Notes under the pieces: model-generated
What the model was told of the DNA's origin: nothing
Seen by the model: the letters and a program-made list of their open reading frames with translations, nothing else
The model's database searches: none
Part shown: positions 29,671 to 40,068 of the stretch, piece after piece
How positions within the stretch are numbered: position 1 is the stretch's first letter
Layout of the letters: every line of letters starts with the position of its first letter
DNA from: a virus
Lineage: Duplodnaviria; Caudoviricetes
Virus record (IMG/VR): IMGVR_UViG_3300021399_000098
Length of the DNA stretch: 64,000 nt
Reading direction: 5' to 3' (one strand)
Translations under genes and position numbers: made by a program

Positions 29671-30444
29671 ATGGGCTTAACATTATCAGACATCTTGGCC
29701 AATATCATTAAAGAAGATGCTTCAAACGGCATCAACTCATATGATACTGACATGAAAATAAAATATGCCATCGCAAACAGAAAATATATTTCACTGTATT
29801 ATGATGACAAAAAAGGAAAAATGATTGGTTCTAAAGGAAACCCAAAAGGTTTCAGAAGAATCATTCCGTATTGTTATGGCTCAAGGAAAGGAAGACCAGC
29901 ATTAAGATGTTTTCATGTCTTTAAGACAAACACGAAGAGAGGCCCACTTAAGTGGAAATTCTTCTATGTTGACAACATAAGCAACTTGAGGGTATATGAA
30001 AACTGGCCTTCATTCACACAAAAAGACATCCCACAGAACTTCAACCCAAACGGTGATAAGCATATGGATGAAATATATGCAATCGTTGACTTTGGGTATG
30101 AATCACCATTGAACAAAGCAAAAACTGAGTTTAAACAACAAAATCCAAAAGGAAGTGTCAAAAACGTTAACTCATTATCTAATCTAACACAATACAAAGA
30201 CCCTACTGCAAAATTCAAAAACAACAAGACAAACTACGGTGCAGTTAAAACAAACGTTGATAGACGTAATGCAGAAATGTCACCAAACAATAGGGAAGAA
30301 TATTGGAAAGATTATGACAGAGCTAAAGAGGAAATACAGCAAAACAACAACGGTCCTGTCAACAGTTACGATGAAAACGATTACGATGTAAATGACGTTG
30401 ATTTTGACGAAAATAATTTCAAAACAAATACAAACAGAAGATAA
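29671..30444 (+). CDS. WYL-like domain protein
   Basis: AI.NRKYISLYY...RRIIPYCYG...LRCF...WKFFYVDNISNL fits the WYL pattern; leader ILANIIKE. Confidence 0.6.
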   Translation: MGLTLSDILANIIKEDASNGINSYDTDMKIKYAIANRKYISLYYDDKKGKMIGSKGNPKGFRRIIPYCYGSRKGRPALRCFHVFKTNTKRGPLKWKFFYVDNISNLRVYENWPSFTQKDIPQNFNPNGDKHMDEIYAIVDFGYESPLNKAKTEFKQQNPKGSVKNVNSLSNLTQYKDPTAKFKNNKTNYGAVKTNVDRRNAEMSPNNREEYWKDYDRAKEEIQQNNNGPVNSYDENDYDVNDVDFDENNFKTNTNRR

Positions 30445-30445
30445 A

Positions 30446-31117
30446 ATGGCAAAACAAGTAGACCCAAATAAAATAGCTAATTTACAGTCGGCAATGTCTA
30501 GGGCATCAAAGTTAATGAGATTGGAGTCCAATGGAACTCTAGATAAAATTGCAAAAGCACATAAGGGAGAGATTAATGAGTCATTAGGTGGTGATGGTTC
30601 AATGACAACAGAAAGCATGATGACTACGGCTAGAAACAGAAACACTCAAGCACCAATCGCAGGAGGGCAAATGCTAGGCGCAGGAGCAGGAAATGTTCCA
30701 TCAATCATCAGAGAATCATTTGCTAATAACCCAATTGATGAAAGAGCATTATACGCTGGTCTTGGCGATGGTAGAGACTTGTCATTCCTAAATGAGTCAA
30801 TGCCTACCCAACAAGTACAAGCACCTTCATCACAAGAGATAAGACAAATCATTAATGAAAGTGCTCCGCAAACAATGCAAGTTCCACAACAAATAGACTA
30901 CCCTATGATTAGGACAATAGTTGAAGAAATAGTTAGGAAATATGCAGTGTCACTTAAAAACAAAATACTGACAGAAGACAAGCAAAACATGAATGAGGTC
31001 AATACCGTAATGCTCGGAAAATCATTCAAGTTCCTTGCGAAAAACGGTGACATATACGAAGCAAAACTTACCAAAGTTGGTAACATAAATGACAAAAAAA
31101 AGAGCGTTAATGAATAA
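30446..31117 (+). CDS. Hypothetical protein with multiple (I/L)xE sites
   Basis: Start moved to MAKQVDP; contains INES, IIRES and ILTE segments. Confidence 0.65.
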   Translation: MAKQVDPNKIANLQSAMSRASKLMRLESNGTLDKIAKAHKGEINESLGGDGSMTTESMMTTARNRNTQAPIAGGQMLGAGAGNVPSIIRESFANNPIDERALYAGLGDGRDLSFLNESMPTQQVQAPSSQEIRQIINESAPQTMQVPQQIDYPMIRTIVEEIVRKYAVSLKNKILTEDKQNMNEVNTVMLGKSFKFLAKNGDIYEAKLTKVGNINDKKKSVNE

Positions 31118-31128
31118 CGCTCTTTTTT
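31096..31128. terminator. Bidirectional intrinsic terminator
   Basis: aaaaaagagcgtta/taacgctctttttt 14-bp stem. Confidence 0.8.
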
Positions 31129-31143
31129 ATTTTTAGGTAATAA

Positions 31144-31572
31144 TTAGATTTGTACAATTAGAAGAATAGTATTTCTATCCATCTTAACTCTCTTATATTC
31201 TTTCCAATTTAGCAATTCTGCCAAAGCATATAATTGCGATAATTTTAGGTGATTCTTACCAAACTGTAAAGGCATTCTAAGATATTTAGAAGTCATTTCA
31301 TGTCCATTAAGCATCGGATTTGCACTAATTACCCCATCTTTATCTAGTGTGTCAAATGAGTCTCCCATTCTTGTTAATTTTGAATTAAGGGCATCTAAAT
31401 CCTCTTGTGTTAGACCTATTTTTATAGTTTGACTATAATGATGCCCCTCATCATCCCAATTGCTAGGATAACTAACAGAAGGCATACTTTCTTCCTTTAA
31501 TACTCTTTTTACTGATTCCTTCACGATTCTATGAAGGTCTGATTCTGTTAGTCTAATTAATTTCTTATCCAT
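31144..31572 (-). CDS. IRLTESDL-tagged hypothetical protein
   Basis: Starts MDKKLIRLTESDLHRIVKESVKRVLKE; has its own TATTTATA site at 31631-31638. Confidence 0.75.
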   Translation of the reverse strand: MDKKLIRLTESDLHRIVKESVKRVLKEESMPSVSYPSNWDDEGHHYSQTIKIGLTQEDLDALNSKLTRMGDSFDTLDKDGVISANPMLNGHEMTSKYLRMPLQFGKNHLKLSQLYALAELLNWKEYKRVKMDRNTILLIVQI

Positions 31573-31700
31573 AGTATATTATTTTTTGTATTTATTAGTC
31601 TTTTATTGCTGCATAGGTTAATTTATTTACTATAAATATTTGTTTATACGGATATGTTTTTATTTTTTCAAAAAAGAAATAATTTTTTAATATATTAAAA

Positions 31701-32912
31701 ATGGATAAAAAAATCAAAATGTTAGTAATACCATCTGACCGTACAGGTGTTGGTAAGTTCCGTTCAGTTGACCCTCACGTATACATTGGTGAGCATTATT
31801 CTGACGAATTCGATGTGGATGTTGTGTACAACATGCCAAACGGAAACTTGGAAGAGTTCTTGAAACAGTACGACTTGATTCACATTCACAAACAGCTTGA
31901 CAAAAACTGTCAATTAATCGACTTAATGAAATTCTTGGGAATTCCAGTTATCATAGACATTGATGACCATTTCAAACTAGGAAATGACCATCCAATGTCA
32001 ATTACAGCAAAAAAGGACAAGTGGCATGAACCTATCATCAATCACTTGAAGAGGGCTGATTACGTTACAACTACAACTCCAATTTTTGCTGACGTTATTA
32101 GGCCATTTAATAAAAATGTAATGGTTTTCCCAAATGCAATTAACCCAGAGGAAAAACAATACACTGTTCCAAAGACACAAGGTGACGGAAGACTTAGAGT
32201 TGGTATTATTTGTGGCTCATCACACTTGAAGGACTTGCAATTGCTTGACGGCATCGCAAAGCAAATCAACAAAGACAAGGTACAATTCATCCTATGCGGA
32301 TTCGACACGAGAGGTACTAGAACCATCTACAGAGAAGACGGACAAGTTGAGACAAGACCTATTAGGCCAGAGGAAAGCGTGTGGTGCGAGTATGAAAGGA
32401 TATTCAGCGACAACTATAAACTAGTTTCAGAAGAACATAAGAACTTCTTATTGCAATATAACGCACACATTGATGACCCATTTACAAATGAGCCTTATAG
32501 AAGAATGTGGACAAGAGACATCAGCAACTATGCCACACACTATGCAAACGTAGATGTATTGATTGCTCCTTTGAAGGAAAACGAATTCAATAAGGTTAAA
32601 TCAGAACTTAAGGAAATTGAGTGCGGATTTACACATACAGCTTTTATTGCTCAGAACTTTGGAGCATATACCCTCAACCTTATTCCAATGATTGAAAAGG
32701 GTGGAAAGATTAACGAAAACGGCACTGCATTATTGGTGGATACATCTAAAAATCATAAGCAATGGGCTAAGTACATCAACAAGCTTGCTGACGATAGGGA
32801 AATGCTTAAGAAGCTTCAAGACAACCTTTACAACTACGTCAAAGACAAGTATTCATTGGACACAATTTGTAAACAAAGAGTAGAATTTTATAAGAAAATT
32901 GTAAATAAGTAA
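31701..32912 (+). CDS. Glycosyltransferase, GT-B fold
   Basis: DIDDHF, ADYVTTTT, FPNAI and DVLIAPLKENEFNKVKSELKEIE motifs. Confidence 0.8.
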   Translation: MDKKIKMLVIPSDRTGVGKFRSVDPHVYIGEHYSDEFDVDVVYNMPNGNLEEFLKQYDLIHIHKQLDKNCQLIDLMKFLGIPVIIDIDDHFKLGNDHPMSITAKKDKWHEPIINHLKRADYVTTTTPIFADVIRPFNKNVMVFPNAINPEEKQYTVPKTQGDGRLRVGIICGSSHLKDLQLLDGIAKQINKDKVQFILCGFDTRGTRTIYREDGQVETRPIRPEESVWCEYERIFSDNYKLVSEEHKNFLLQYNAHIDDPFTNEPYRRMWTRDISNYATHYANVDVLIAPLKENEFNKVKSELKEIECGFTHTAFIAQNFGAYTLNLIPMIEKGGKINENGTALLVDTSKNHKQWAKYINKLADDREMLKKLQDNLYNYVKDKYSLDTICKQRVEFYKKIVNK

Positions 32913-32940
32913 AGGAAATTACAATCAACATTACAAAAAA

Positions 32941-33070
32941 TAACAATAATATAAATAATATAAAATTTTAAAAGAATATTATATATTAAATAAAATATAT
33001 AGTATTCTTTTTTTAATATATATTATATATTATTATATAAAGAAAAGAAATATATAAAGAAAAGAAAAAT
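32941..33070. other. Extremely AT-rich intergenic region with inverted and direct repeats
   Basis: 18-bp imperfect inverted repeat 32970-32987/32994-33011; tandem tatataaagaaaagaaa x2 at 33034-33067. Confidence 0.7.
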
Positions 33071-33084
33071 TCGTTATTCAATTT

Positions 33085-33116
33085 TTTGCTTTTTTAACTT
33101 TTTTTTTATATCTTTG
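33085..33116 (+). promoter_or_regulatory. Bacteroidota-type promoter
   Basis: TTTG 33085-33088, 20-nt spacer, TATCTTTG 33109-33116. Confidence 0.75.
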
Positions 33117-33141
33117 CATTGAAGTTAAAAAAGTTAAAATT

Positions 33142-33708
33142 ATGATTACAACAGAAACAAAAGAAAAAAACTTAAAGTTATTTTTTAAAAAACTCTCACA
33201 GCTTGGCATTAATTCAGAATGTCTTGAGAGCATGTATGGTGAAAAAATCCTCAACGCAAGTTTCACCAATTCAAATGAGTATGGAAACGCATATGAAGGT
33301 TCGTTCCTAGAAATCGTACTTAAAAAGCTTACTCCATATGCTGTTAAGCTTAACGAACTTTTGCCAGAGGATAAAAGGGTTGACAAAGATTCCCTAGTTA
33401 AAATTTGTCTTCTTCACCAAATTGCCAAAGCGATTAGACTTGTGCCAAATGATAATCAATGGGAGGTTGAAAAGAGAGGCTTTGTCTACAAGTATGACAG
33501 CAACTTGCCATCAATCAGAACTGGTCTTCATTCCCTAGTCATGTGTCAAAACTGCGGAATTCAGTTCACGGCAGAAGAGGCAGAGGCAATGACGGTCAAT
33601 GACAGAGACATGACTGACGAGCAAGCTAGATGGTTCTCAAGCATAATGGCAACCATTGTTAGGCAAGCTAGTGAATTAACATACTTAGAAATTAACGATA
33701 AGAAGTGA
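33142..33708 (+). CDS. HD-domain-like protein with degenerate metal site
   Basis: AYEGSFLEIVL...ICLLHQIAK where HD hydrolases have LLHDIGK. Confidence 0.55.
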   Translation: MITTETKEKNLKLFFKKLSQLGINSECLESMYGEKILNASFTNSNEYGNAYEGSFLEIVLKKLTPYAVKLNELLPEDKRVDKDSLVKICLLHQIAKAIRLVPNDNQWEVEKRGFVYKYDSNLPSIRTGLHSLVMCQNCGIQFTAEEAEAMTVNDRDMTDEQARWFSSIMATIVRQASELTYLEINDKK

Positions 33709-34397
33709 TGGAAAATACAGATAACTTGACGTATGACAACAGGGCATACATTGAAGGTGATACAAAAGATTTATTCACCTATCTGAAAGAAGCAATAGGA
33801 CATTCACCACTTGAGGTTGGTTTCAAAAAACTAGACAAGGATGCAGTTATACCAAGCTATGCTCACGATGGTGATGTTGGAATGGATTTTACAGCAATCA
33901 GTGTAGAATACGACCAAGAAAAGGACATATACATTTATCACACTGGTCTTGCTTTCGAAACGGAAAAACATTACGGTGCATTTCTTTTCCCAAGAAGTTC
34001 TAACAGAAAAACGGATGCTTACCTATGCAATCACGTTGGAATTGCTGACACTGCAATCTATAGGGGTGAAATAATGTTTTGTTATAAAAACAGAACTTCA
34101 CTTGAAGTTAGGGCAGAAATTGAAAAAAGCAGATATTTGATTTCGCGCTTGTCTTATGAGCCATTTACTGTAAGCAATGGCGATGCGGTAATGTTTCAAT
34201 GGCCACATGTGGCAAAGGATGCAGAAAATGCAGGAAATTGGATTTATGACAATCCAATGAATTTTGCACCTTATAAAGCAGGTGATAAAATAGGTCAAAT
34301 GGTAGTTCTTCCTTATCCAAATGTGAAATTGGTTGAAAGAATGGAATTATCTGAGACTGTTCGTGGAGATAATGGTTTTGGTTCAACAGGAAATTAA
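33705..34397 (+). CDS. dut: Trimeric dUTPase
   Basis: Motifs GMDF, PRSS, GIADTAIYRGEI, IGQMV and RGDNGFGSTG. Confidence 0.92.
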   Translation: MMENTDNLTYDNRAYIEGDTKDLFTYLKEAIGHSPLEVGFKKLDKDAVIPSYAHDGDVGMDFTAISVEYDQEKDIYIYHTGLAFETEKHYGAFLFPRSSNRKTDAYLCNHVGIADTAIYRGEIMFCYKNRTSLEVRAEIEKSRYLISRLSYEPFTVSNGDAVMFQWPHVAKDAENAGNWIYDNPMNFAPYKAGDKIGQMVVLPYPNVKLVERMELSETVRGDNGFGSTGN

Positions 34398-34399
34398 TT

Positions 34400-34936
34400 A
34401 TGAACATATTAGAAGTATTTTTTTGGTATTGCAAGTCTATGGGAATTATGGGTGAAATGTGGAACATATACCAAAATGCTAATTTTGGAACATGGAAGTA
34501 CGACCAGTCTTTAAACAAATCATATTACGGCAAATACAAATTTAAAGAACATCTTGAATTTAGTTGCAACAGATATGGTATGATAGGACTATTTTGCGGT
34601 TTGGAAGATTGTTGCCATCACACTCTATACCGACTAATGAAAAGTGAAAAGATTAAAAGGGCTAGAAGAAATTGGGTTAGATTTGTTAAAAACAACCTAA
34701 TCGTTTTACCTTCATTTGTTAAAGAAGGGGATAGGATACATGCAGTTACTAATTTTATTACTGTAGAAGGAGTTCTTGAAAAAATAACAGAAAATAAGGA
34801 ACTTTTGGTAAGAGACAATAATGGAAGAGTCAATTATGTAAGTTTATTTAGACCTATTACCATAAACGGAAAAAAAAGAGAACCAAAGTTTATAATTAAG
34901 AAAAATAGAAAAATATATGGGGCTGATAAAGAATAA
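34400..34936 (+). CDS. Hypothetical protein
   Basis: 178-aa ORF packed in the operon. Confidence 0.6.
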   Translation: MNILEVFFWYCKSMGIMGEMWNIYQNANFGTWKYDQSLNKSYYGKYKFKEHLEFSCNRYGMIGLFCGLEDCCHHTLYRLMKSEKIKRARRNWVRFVKNNLIVLPSFVKEGDRIHAVTNFITVEGVLEKITENKELLVRDNNGRVNYVSLFRPITINGKKREPKFIIKKNRKIYGADKE

Positions 34937-36029
34937 AGTGTATTACACATATACAGATGTTACAATATTACCAGGAGTGATAAGTAACATCGAACACAGA
35001 AAAGAATGTATTCCTTTAGATGAAAACGGAATGTTACCATTGTTTACTGCTCCTATGGACACTGTTGTTGATGAGCATAATTGCCAACAGTTTACCGATG
35101 AAATGGTTTACGCAATACTGCCGAGGACAGTTTCTTTTGAGACTAGGCTGTCATACTCCATCAAAAATCGTTGGGCTGCATATTCACTTGCAGAGTTTGA
35201 AACTGCTTTTTGCACTGAAAGTAACAAGCTTGACGAATCAAACGGTATAAAGGTATTAATAGATATTGCAAACGGCCATATGAAAAAAGTTCTAGACTTG
35301 ATTAGGGCAGCAAAGAACATATACGGTCAGAACATCACCATAATGGTCGGAAATATAGCGAATCCTTACACATTTGAAAAACTCTCAAAAGCTGGTGCGG
35401 ATTTCATTCGTTGCGGAATAGGAAGTGGTTGCGGATGCTTATCTACGAGCAATACTGGAATACATATGCCAATGGTTTCACTTATTGATGAAATTTCAAC
35501 AATTAAAAAAGACTTTAGTCTTAAAGCTAAAATAGTCGCAGATGGCGGTATAAGGAATTACTCTGACATTATTAAGGCAATCGCTGTTGGTGCTGACTAT
35601 GTGATGGTAGGAAGTGTGTTTGCCAAGATGTTTGAATCGGCAGCACCGAAATATCCGAATTCTGAAGACTGGGCAGAAAAACCACTTGGAGTGGAACTTA
35701 GGGATTTGGAAAACATACACAAAGAAGGAAATGCTTGGTATGGCTCATACAACCATAAGGAAATTTTTCTAGGTAACATCAGTCTTAAGTTCTATGGAAT
35801 GGCATCAAAACAAGGGCAAATCGCTTTAAATGGCACTAAAACCAAGACAAGTGAAGGTTTGATGAAAACTTTGCAAGTTGAATATACAATGCATGGATGG
35901 TGTATGAACTTTATTGATTACCTTCGTTCTGCAATGTCATATGTCGGAGTTAAAACGTTAGATGATTTTAGAAGAGAATCTGTAGTCATTATAAATTCTC
36001 CAAATGCAGTTTCTGCTGTTAATAAATAA
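34917..36029 (+). CDS. IMP dehydrogenase/GMP reductase family enzyme lacking CBS domains
   Basis: APMDTV, IDIANGH, GIGSGCGC, ADGGI, FYGMAS and LRSAMSYVG motifs. Confidence 0.9.
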   Translation: MGLIKNKVYYTYTDVTILPGVISNIEHRKECIPLDENGMLPLFTAPMDTVVDEHNCQQFTDEMVYAILPRTVSFETRLSYSIKNRWAAYSLAEFETAFCTESNKLDESNGIKVLIDIANGHMKKVLDLIRAAKNIYGQNITIMVGNIANPYTFEKLSKAGADFIRCGIGSGCGCLSTSNTGIHMPMVSLIDEISTIKKDFSLKAKIVADGGIRNYSDIIKAIAVGADYVMVGSVFAKMFESAAPKYPNSEDWAEKPLGVELRDLENIHKEGNAWYGSYNHKEIFLGNISLKFYGMASKQGQIALNGTKTKTSEGLMKTLQVEYTMHGWCMNFIDYLRSAMSYVGVKTLDDFRRESVVIINSPNAVSAVNK

Positions 36030-36044
36030 CTTTTTCAAAAAATT

Positions 36045-36080
36045 AAGTGATTAAGAATTGATTCTTAGTCACTTTTTTTT
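36045..36080 (+). terminator. Intrinsic terminator
   Basis: aagtgattaagaat/attcttagtcactt stem followed by a T tract. Confidence 0.7.
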
Positions 36081-36095
36081 ATTTTTTAATAAAAA

Positions 36096-36785
36096 ATGGA
36101 AAATAGTATTTCAGTTATATTTTGTTCAAAGAAAAAGGGCGAAGACAGCAAAGAGTTTATTGAACATATAAAAAACACATGCGGATGTGATACTCATGTG
36201 TTGCATGTATATAACCCAGATGGTGTTTCAATTTCAAAGATATACGCAGACATGCTAGTATCTAAAGACATTGGAACAGACATCATTGTGTTTATACACG
36301 ATGACATAGAATTCTTAAGAAAAGACTGGGGAAAAGAAATCTTAAGGCTATTCAACGAGCACGAAGACTATGGAATCATTGGAGTCGCAGGTTCAGCTCA
36401 ATTTGATGAAAAGGGTGCATGGTGGAATTATGAAAAGAAATTCGGACAAGTCTTGCACAGAAGTGAGGGTAAGTCTTGGCTAACAGCATTTTCTCCATTA
36501 TTGGATAAGGATTTGCAAGAAGTGGCTGTAATTGACGGACTTTTCATTGCAGTGCACAAGAAAAGAATTTCTGACAATTTCTCTAGGGAACTTAACGGTT
36601 TTGATTTCTATGATGTGTATTTTTGTTTGAAAAACCTTTTGGCTAAAAAAACAAAAATTGGTGTTACAACCAATATTAGGTTGGCGCATAACTCAGTAGG
36701 AAAACTGAAGGACACATGGTATACAAATAGGGAAATAATCAATAAAATTTTTGGGGATAAATACCCAATAGACGTATTAAAATAA
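36096..36785 (+). CDS. Glycosyltransferase, GT-A/GT2-like
   Basis: VFIHDDIEF, GIIGVAGS, VIDGLFIAV and FDFYDVYFC motifs. Confidence 0.8.
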   Translation: MENSISVIFCSKKKGEDSKEFIEHIKNTCGCDTHVLHVYNPDGVSISKIYADMLVSKDIGTDIIVFIHDDIEFLRKDWGKEILRLFNEHEDYGIIGVAGSAQFDEKGAWWNYEKKFGQVLHRSEGKSWLTAFSPLLDKDLQEVAVIDGLFIAVHKKRISDNFSRELNGFDFYDVYFCLKNLLAKKTKIGVTTNIRLAHNSVGKLKDTWYTNREIINKIFGDKYPIDVLK

Positions 36786-36808
36786 TTTTTGGTACAATTT
36801 TTGCTAGT

Positions 36809-37060
36809 ATGAAAATAAGTGAAATGACAACTGAACAAATTTTTACACTCTACAACATTGCTTGTGATATTTGTAGAGAATATTCAAGAATGACTGATGG
36901 TTATGTCCTTGCAACTGGTGATAATGTTCTTGACCCATCTGCTGTTTTACCACGCGACATACAAAACACCATCATCGAAAGACAACAATATTTTGCCGTT
37001 AAGGACAAAATAATGAATGAACTTAAAAAAAGGTTATTAACTGAAATAGAATATGAATAA
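36809..37060 (+). CDS. Hypothetical protein
   Basis: 83-aa ORF in the operon. Confidence 0.6.
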   Translation: MKISEMTTEQIFTLYNIACDICREYSRMTDGYVLATGDNVLDPSAVLPRDIQNTIIERQQYFAVKDKIMNELKKRLLTEIEYE

Positions 37061-38033
37061 AATAAAGAAATACCTACTTAACATCTGGTATGGTCTTCCA
37101 TTCGGCCTTAAAGGTGCTGATACTGAAATCATGGGAAGTGGAAGCAAAGACGAAAATGGTACTACGATAGGACAAGAAGTATCTGACGAAAGGGTGGCAA
37201 AGCATCTTCTAAAGGGAGAAGTGACGCAAGAAGTAGAGGAACTTAGATATAGAACATACAAGGTTGCGAATGAAGCTGATAATTATGAATATTTGGGAAA
37301 TGGTGTTGCGGTTAAAAAAGAAGCTAAACCAAGGAAGGACAGAACGAAATACAAGTTTACCCAAGAGAACGAAAACTTATGTGAATCTGTATTGGATGCA
37401 TTGAAACAAGTTGGCAACTATGGAATGGAAAAATATAGGTTTGAAATCGACTATACAGAGTTCATTAGATTTAAGGTTGAAAAATATGCGACCAAGATTG
37501 ACGTTAACATAGACGATGATAACGGAATCGTAGAGACTACCTTGCATTTCAACACAGAGCCTAACCCTTACGATGCAGTTTCAAAGCCATTCATCAATGA
37601 ATTGGAAAAAATAGCAACAGCTAAAAACGAACATGAAATAGCTAGGAATGAAATTGCATTATCCATCAAGAGCATTTCATTTGCCACATACAAAGCTTCA
37701 AATGAAGATGACTTGGTAACTTATAGTTTCAGCAACGGAAAGTTCAAATCCTTTGAAAAGAAGGGATATGAATATCTGATGACTTATTCATGGGATGAAT
37801 ATGTAAGGCTTCCTCTTAGCCTAGAAAGCAAATATTATTCCGCATCAATGGCCGAAAAGTACAAGAACAAAGAAAGGAAAGACACCCTTGTTTCGATGGT
37901 GGAAAGTGAAAGGAAAAGGTATTGCTCAGTGTGTGGAAAAGAAATATCAGTGTATGATGCTGACATACAAGAGGCTGATGGGCATGAGCCAGTATGCAAA
38001 GAATGTATGCAAAAAGCATTTAATAAACAATAA
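37053..38033 (+). CDS. Hypothetical protein with C-terminal zinc ribbon
   Basis: CSVC...CKEC near the C-terminus. Confidence 0.65.
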   Translation: MNKIKKYLLNIWYGLPFGLKGADTEIMGSGSKDENGTTIGQEVSDERVAKHLLKGEVTQEVEELRYRTYKVANEADNYEYLGNGVAVKKEAKPRKDRTKYKFTQENENLCESVLDALKQVGNYGMEKYRFEIDYTEFIRFKVEKYATKIDVNIDDDNGIVETTLHFNTEPNPYDAVSKPFINELEKIATAKNEHEIARNEIALSIKSISFATYKASNEDDLVTYSFSNGKFKSFEKKGYEYLMTYSWDEYVRLPLSLESKYYSASMAEKYKNKERKDTLVSMVESERKRYCSVCGKEISVYDADIQEADGHEPVCKECMQKAFNKQ

Positions 38034-38050
38034 AAAACATTATATTTTAT

Positions 38051-38650
38051 ATGATAACAATTGGAATTGAATTAAATCACGTCATAAGAAATATTAACAA
38101 GCAAATTGTTAAATACTATTCAAAGGAATATGACCCATCAACTGACATTGATGAGATTGATGATAAGGAAGATGTGCTAGAAACATACGCCAAGTTTAAG
38201 AGCAGATACGATAAGAACAACTTTCTGTTTATAGACTATCCTTATGAAATATTTGGATGCGCGAATACAATGGAAAAGAAACTGCCAAGCAAAATAACCA
38301 ACTGGTTAACTGAAATTTCAAACATTGAAGACAAGGACATCAGAATCATATTCTACAGCTTGAATGAAGAGGCACTTACCATTCAGTCAACTTTCTTCTT
38401 CTTAAGCAAGATTGGAACTAGGGTAAGAAAAGTAATATTCCCTAAGAGCATAGATGAAGTGTGGGATGAATGTGATGTCATAATAACCGCAAGGAATGGA
38501 TTCTTTGAAAAGGGTATCCCAGATGGCAAGAAAGCTGTTCTAATCAACAGACCATTCAATAAGGAATTTAAAGACAAAGCCATTTTGAATTATGATAATT
38601 TAAGTGACCTAATTGATGATAAAAACTTTTTTAATGAAATTACAAAATGA
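38051..38650 (+). CDS. 5'(3')-deoxyribonucleotidase-like HAD-fold protein, degenerate
   Basis: N-terminal IGIELNHVIRN in place of IGIDxDGV; C-terminal INRPFN. Confidence 0.5.
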   Translation: MITIGIELNHVIRNINKQIVKYYSKEYDPSTDIDEIDDKEDVLETYAKFKSRYDKNNFLFIDYPYEIFGCANTMEKKLPSKITNWLTEISNIEDKDIRIIFYSLNEEALTIQSTFFFLSKIGTRVRKVIFPKSIDEVWDECDVIITARNGFFEKGIPDGKKAVLINRPFNKEFKDKAILNYDNLSDLIDDKNFFNEITK

Positions 38651-38985
38651 ATGAAAGCATGACATTAATTTTCGACATTAACAAAATCACCGACTTTGTT
38701 TTTGGAAATCCAAATGACAGAACAAATGAGGTGGAGATAACGGAGTCTTTCGTGTTTGACAAGAAATTGGATAAGATGATTCCAAACGCAAAGGAAGTTA
38801 AGGAAGTAAAGGTCAATGACTATACTGGCCAAAACACTATCCGTTATGACATGGTTAAAACGTTTATCGACATTCTAGACGCAGTTGAAGACACAAATGC
38901 AATGACTCTAGGACAGAAGATAACATATAACACAATGCAAGCTTACGAACTAATAAAAGACATTAAAAACAACGACAATGAGTGA
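38647..38985 (+). CDS. Hypothetical protein
   Basis: 112-aa ORF with ATGA overlap. Confidence 0.65.
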   Translation: MNESMTLIFDINKITDFVFGNPNDRTNEVEITESFVFDKKLDKMIPNAKEVKEVKVNDYTGQNTIRYDMVKTFIDILDAVEDTNAMTLGQKITYNTMQAYELIKDIKNNDNE

Positions 38986-40066
38986 GAAAGATTTAAAGAT
39001 TATTGAAAACATCAATAGGGAAATTGAAAAAATTGACAAAAAGACCAACAGGGTTTATTTCTTTGTAATTGACACTAAGGGTGTGCCTAGCGGAAGCCTA
39101 GAGTACATTTATAAATTAGCAATGATTCTAAAGGATGAAGGATATGATATAAGTATGCTACACACTGAAGATGAGTTTGTCGGAGTCGGTGAATGGTTAG
39201 GAGAAGCCTATGCTGCTTTACCACACTATAACGTAAACAAAGATGAAACTGGTACATCACCTTCAGATTTGTTGTTTATCCCAGAAATTTTCTCACAAGT
39301 TATGAATCAGACAAAGACTCTTCCTTGCAAGAGGGTTGCCATCCTTCAAAACTACAACTATGTCGTTGAGCAGATGCCATATGCTGCACAATGGGGAGAT
39401 TTCGGAATCATGGAGGGTATAACAAATTCAAAATACCAAGCTGCTGAGTTAAATGAGTCATTCCCATATGTAAAGCTTACAAAGGTTACTCCTTTCATTT
39501 CAAAGGTATTCGGTACAACAAATGAGCCTAAAAACATGGTTATAAATATTGTTGCGAAAGACCAGTCAGATATAAAGAAGGTTGTAAAGCCATTCTATTG
39601 GAAATACCCAATGTTTAAGTGGGTATCATTTAAGGAGCTTAGAAACTTGCCAAAGACTGACTTTGCAAAGGCATTGCGTGAGAACGCTGTAACCATCGTC
39701 ATAGACGAAGATGCAAGCTTCTGCTATTCAGCACTAGAGGCAATGAAGAGTGGGGCAATCACTATGTGCAAAGTTCCCAATACTACTTTGGATTGGGCTG
39801 ATTCAGAGGACGGAGTTTTGCCAAACTGCTGCGTGTGGTTTAACGACTATGACACGTTACACAAACAAATTGCAAGCGTTGTCCGTTCTTGGATTACTGA
39901 TAAAGTTCCAACTGTGTTGACAGAAGAAGCTAAGAAGGTGTGTGAGCAGTTTACAGAAGACAAGACCAAAGAACAACTATTAACTTTTGTTTCTTCAGTA
40001 CTAGGCAAAAGAAAGAAGGAAATGGAAGACCTAATAACACAAATTAAAAACAAAAAGGAAGAGTAA
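38978..40066 (+). CDS. Glycosyltransferase-like protein, GT-B fold
   Basis: DLLFIPE, AILQN and ASFCYSALEAMKSG (donor-binding-like motif). Confidence 0.65.
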   Translation: MSEKDLKIIENINREIEKIDKKTNRVYFFVIDTKGVPSGSLEYIYKLAMILKDEGYDISMLHTEDEFVGVGEWLGEAYAALPHYNVNKDETGTSPSDLLFIPEIFSQVMNQTKTLPCKRVAILQNYNYVVEQMPYAAQWGDFGIMEGITNSKYQAAELNESFPYVKLTKVTPFISKVFGTTNEPKNMVINIVAKDQSDIKKVVKPFYWKYPMFKWVSFKELRNLPKTDFAKALRENAVTIVIDEDASFCYSALEAMKSGAITMCKVPNTTLDWADSEDGVLPNCCVWFNDYDTLHKQIASVVRSWITDKVPTVLTEEAKKVCEQFTEDKTKEQLLTFVSSVLGKRKKEMEDLITQIKNKKEE

Positions 40067-40068
40067 TT

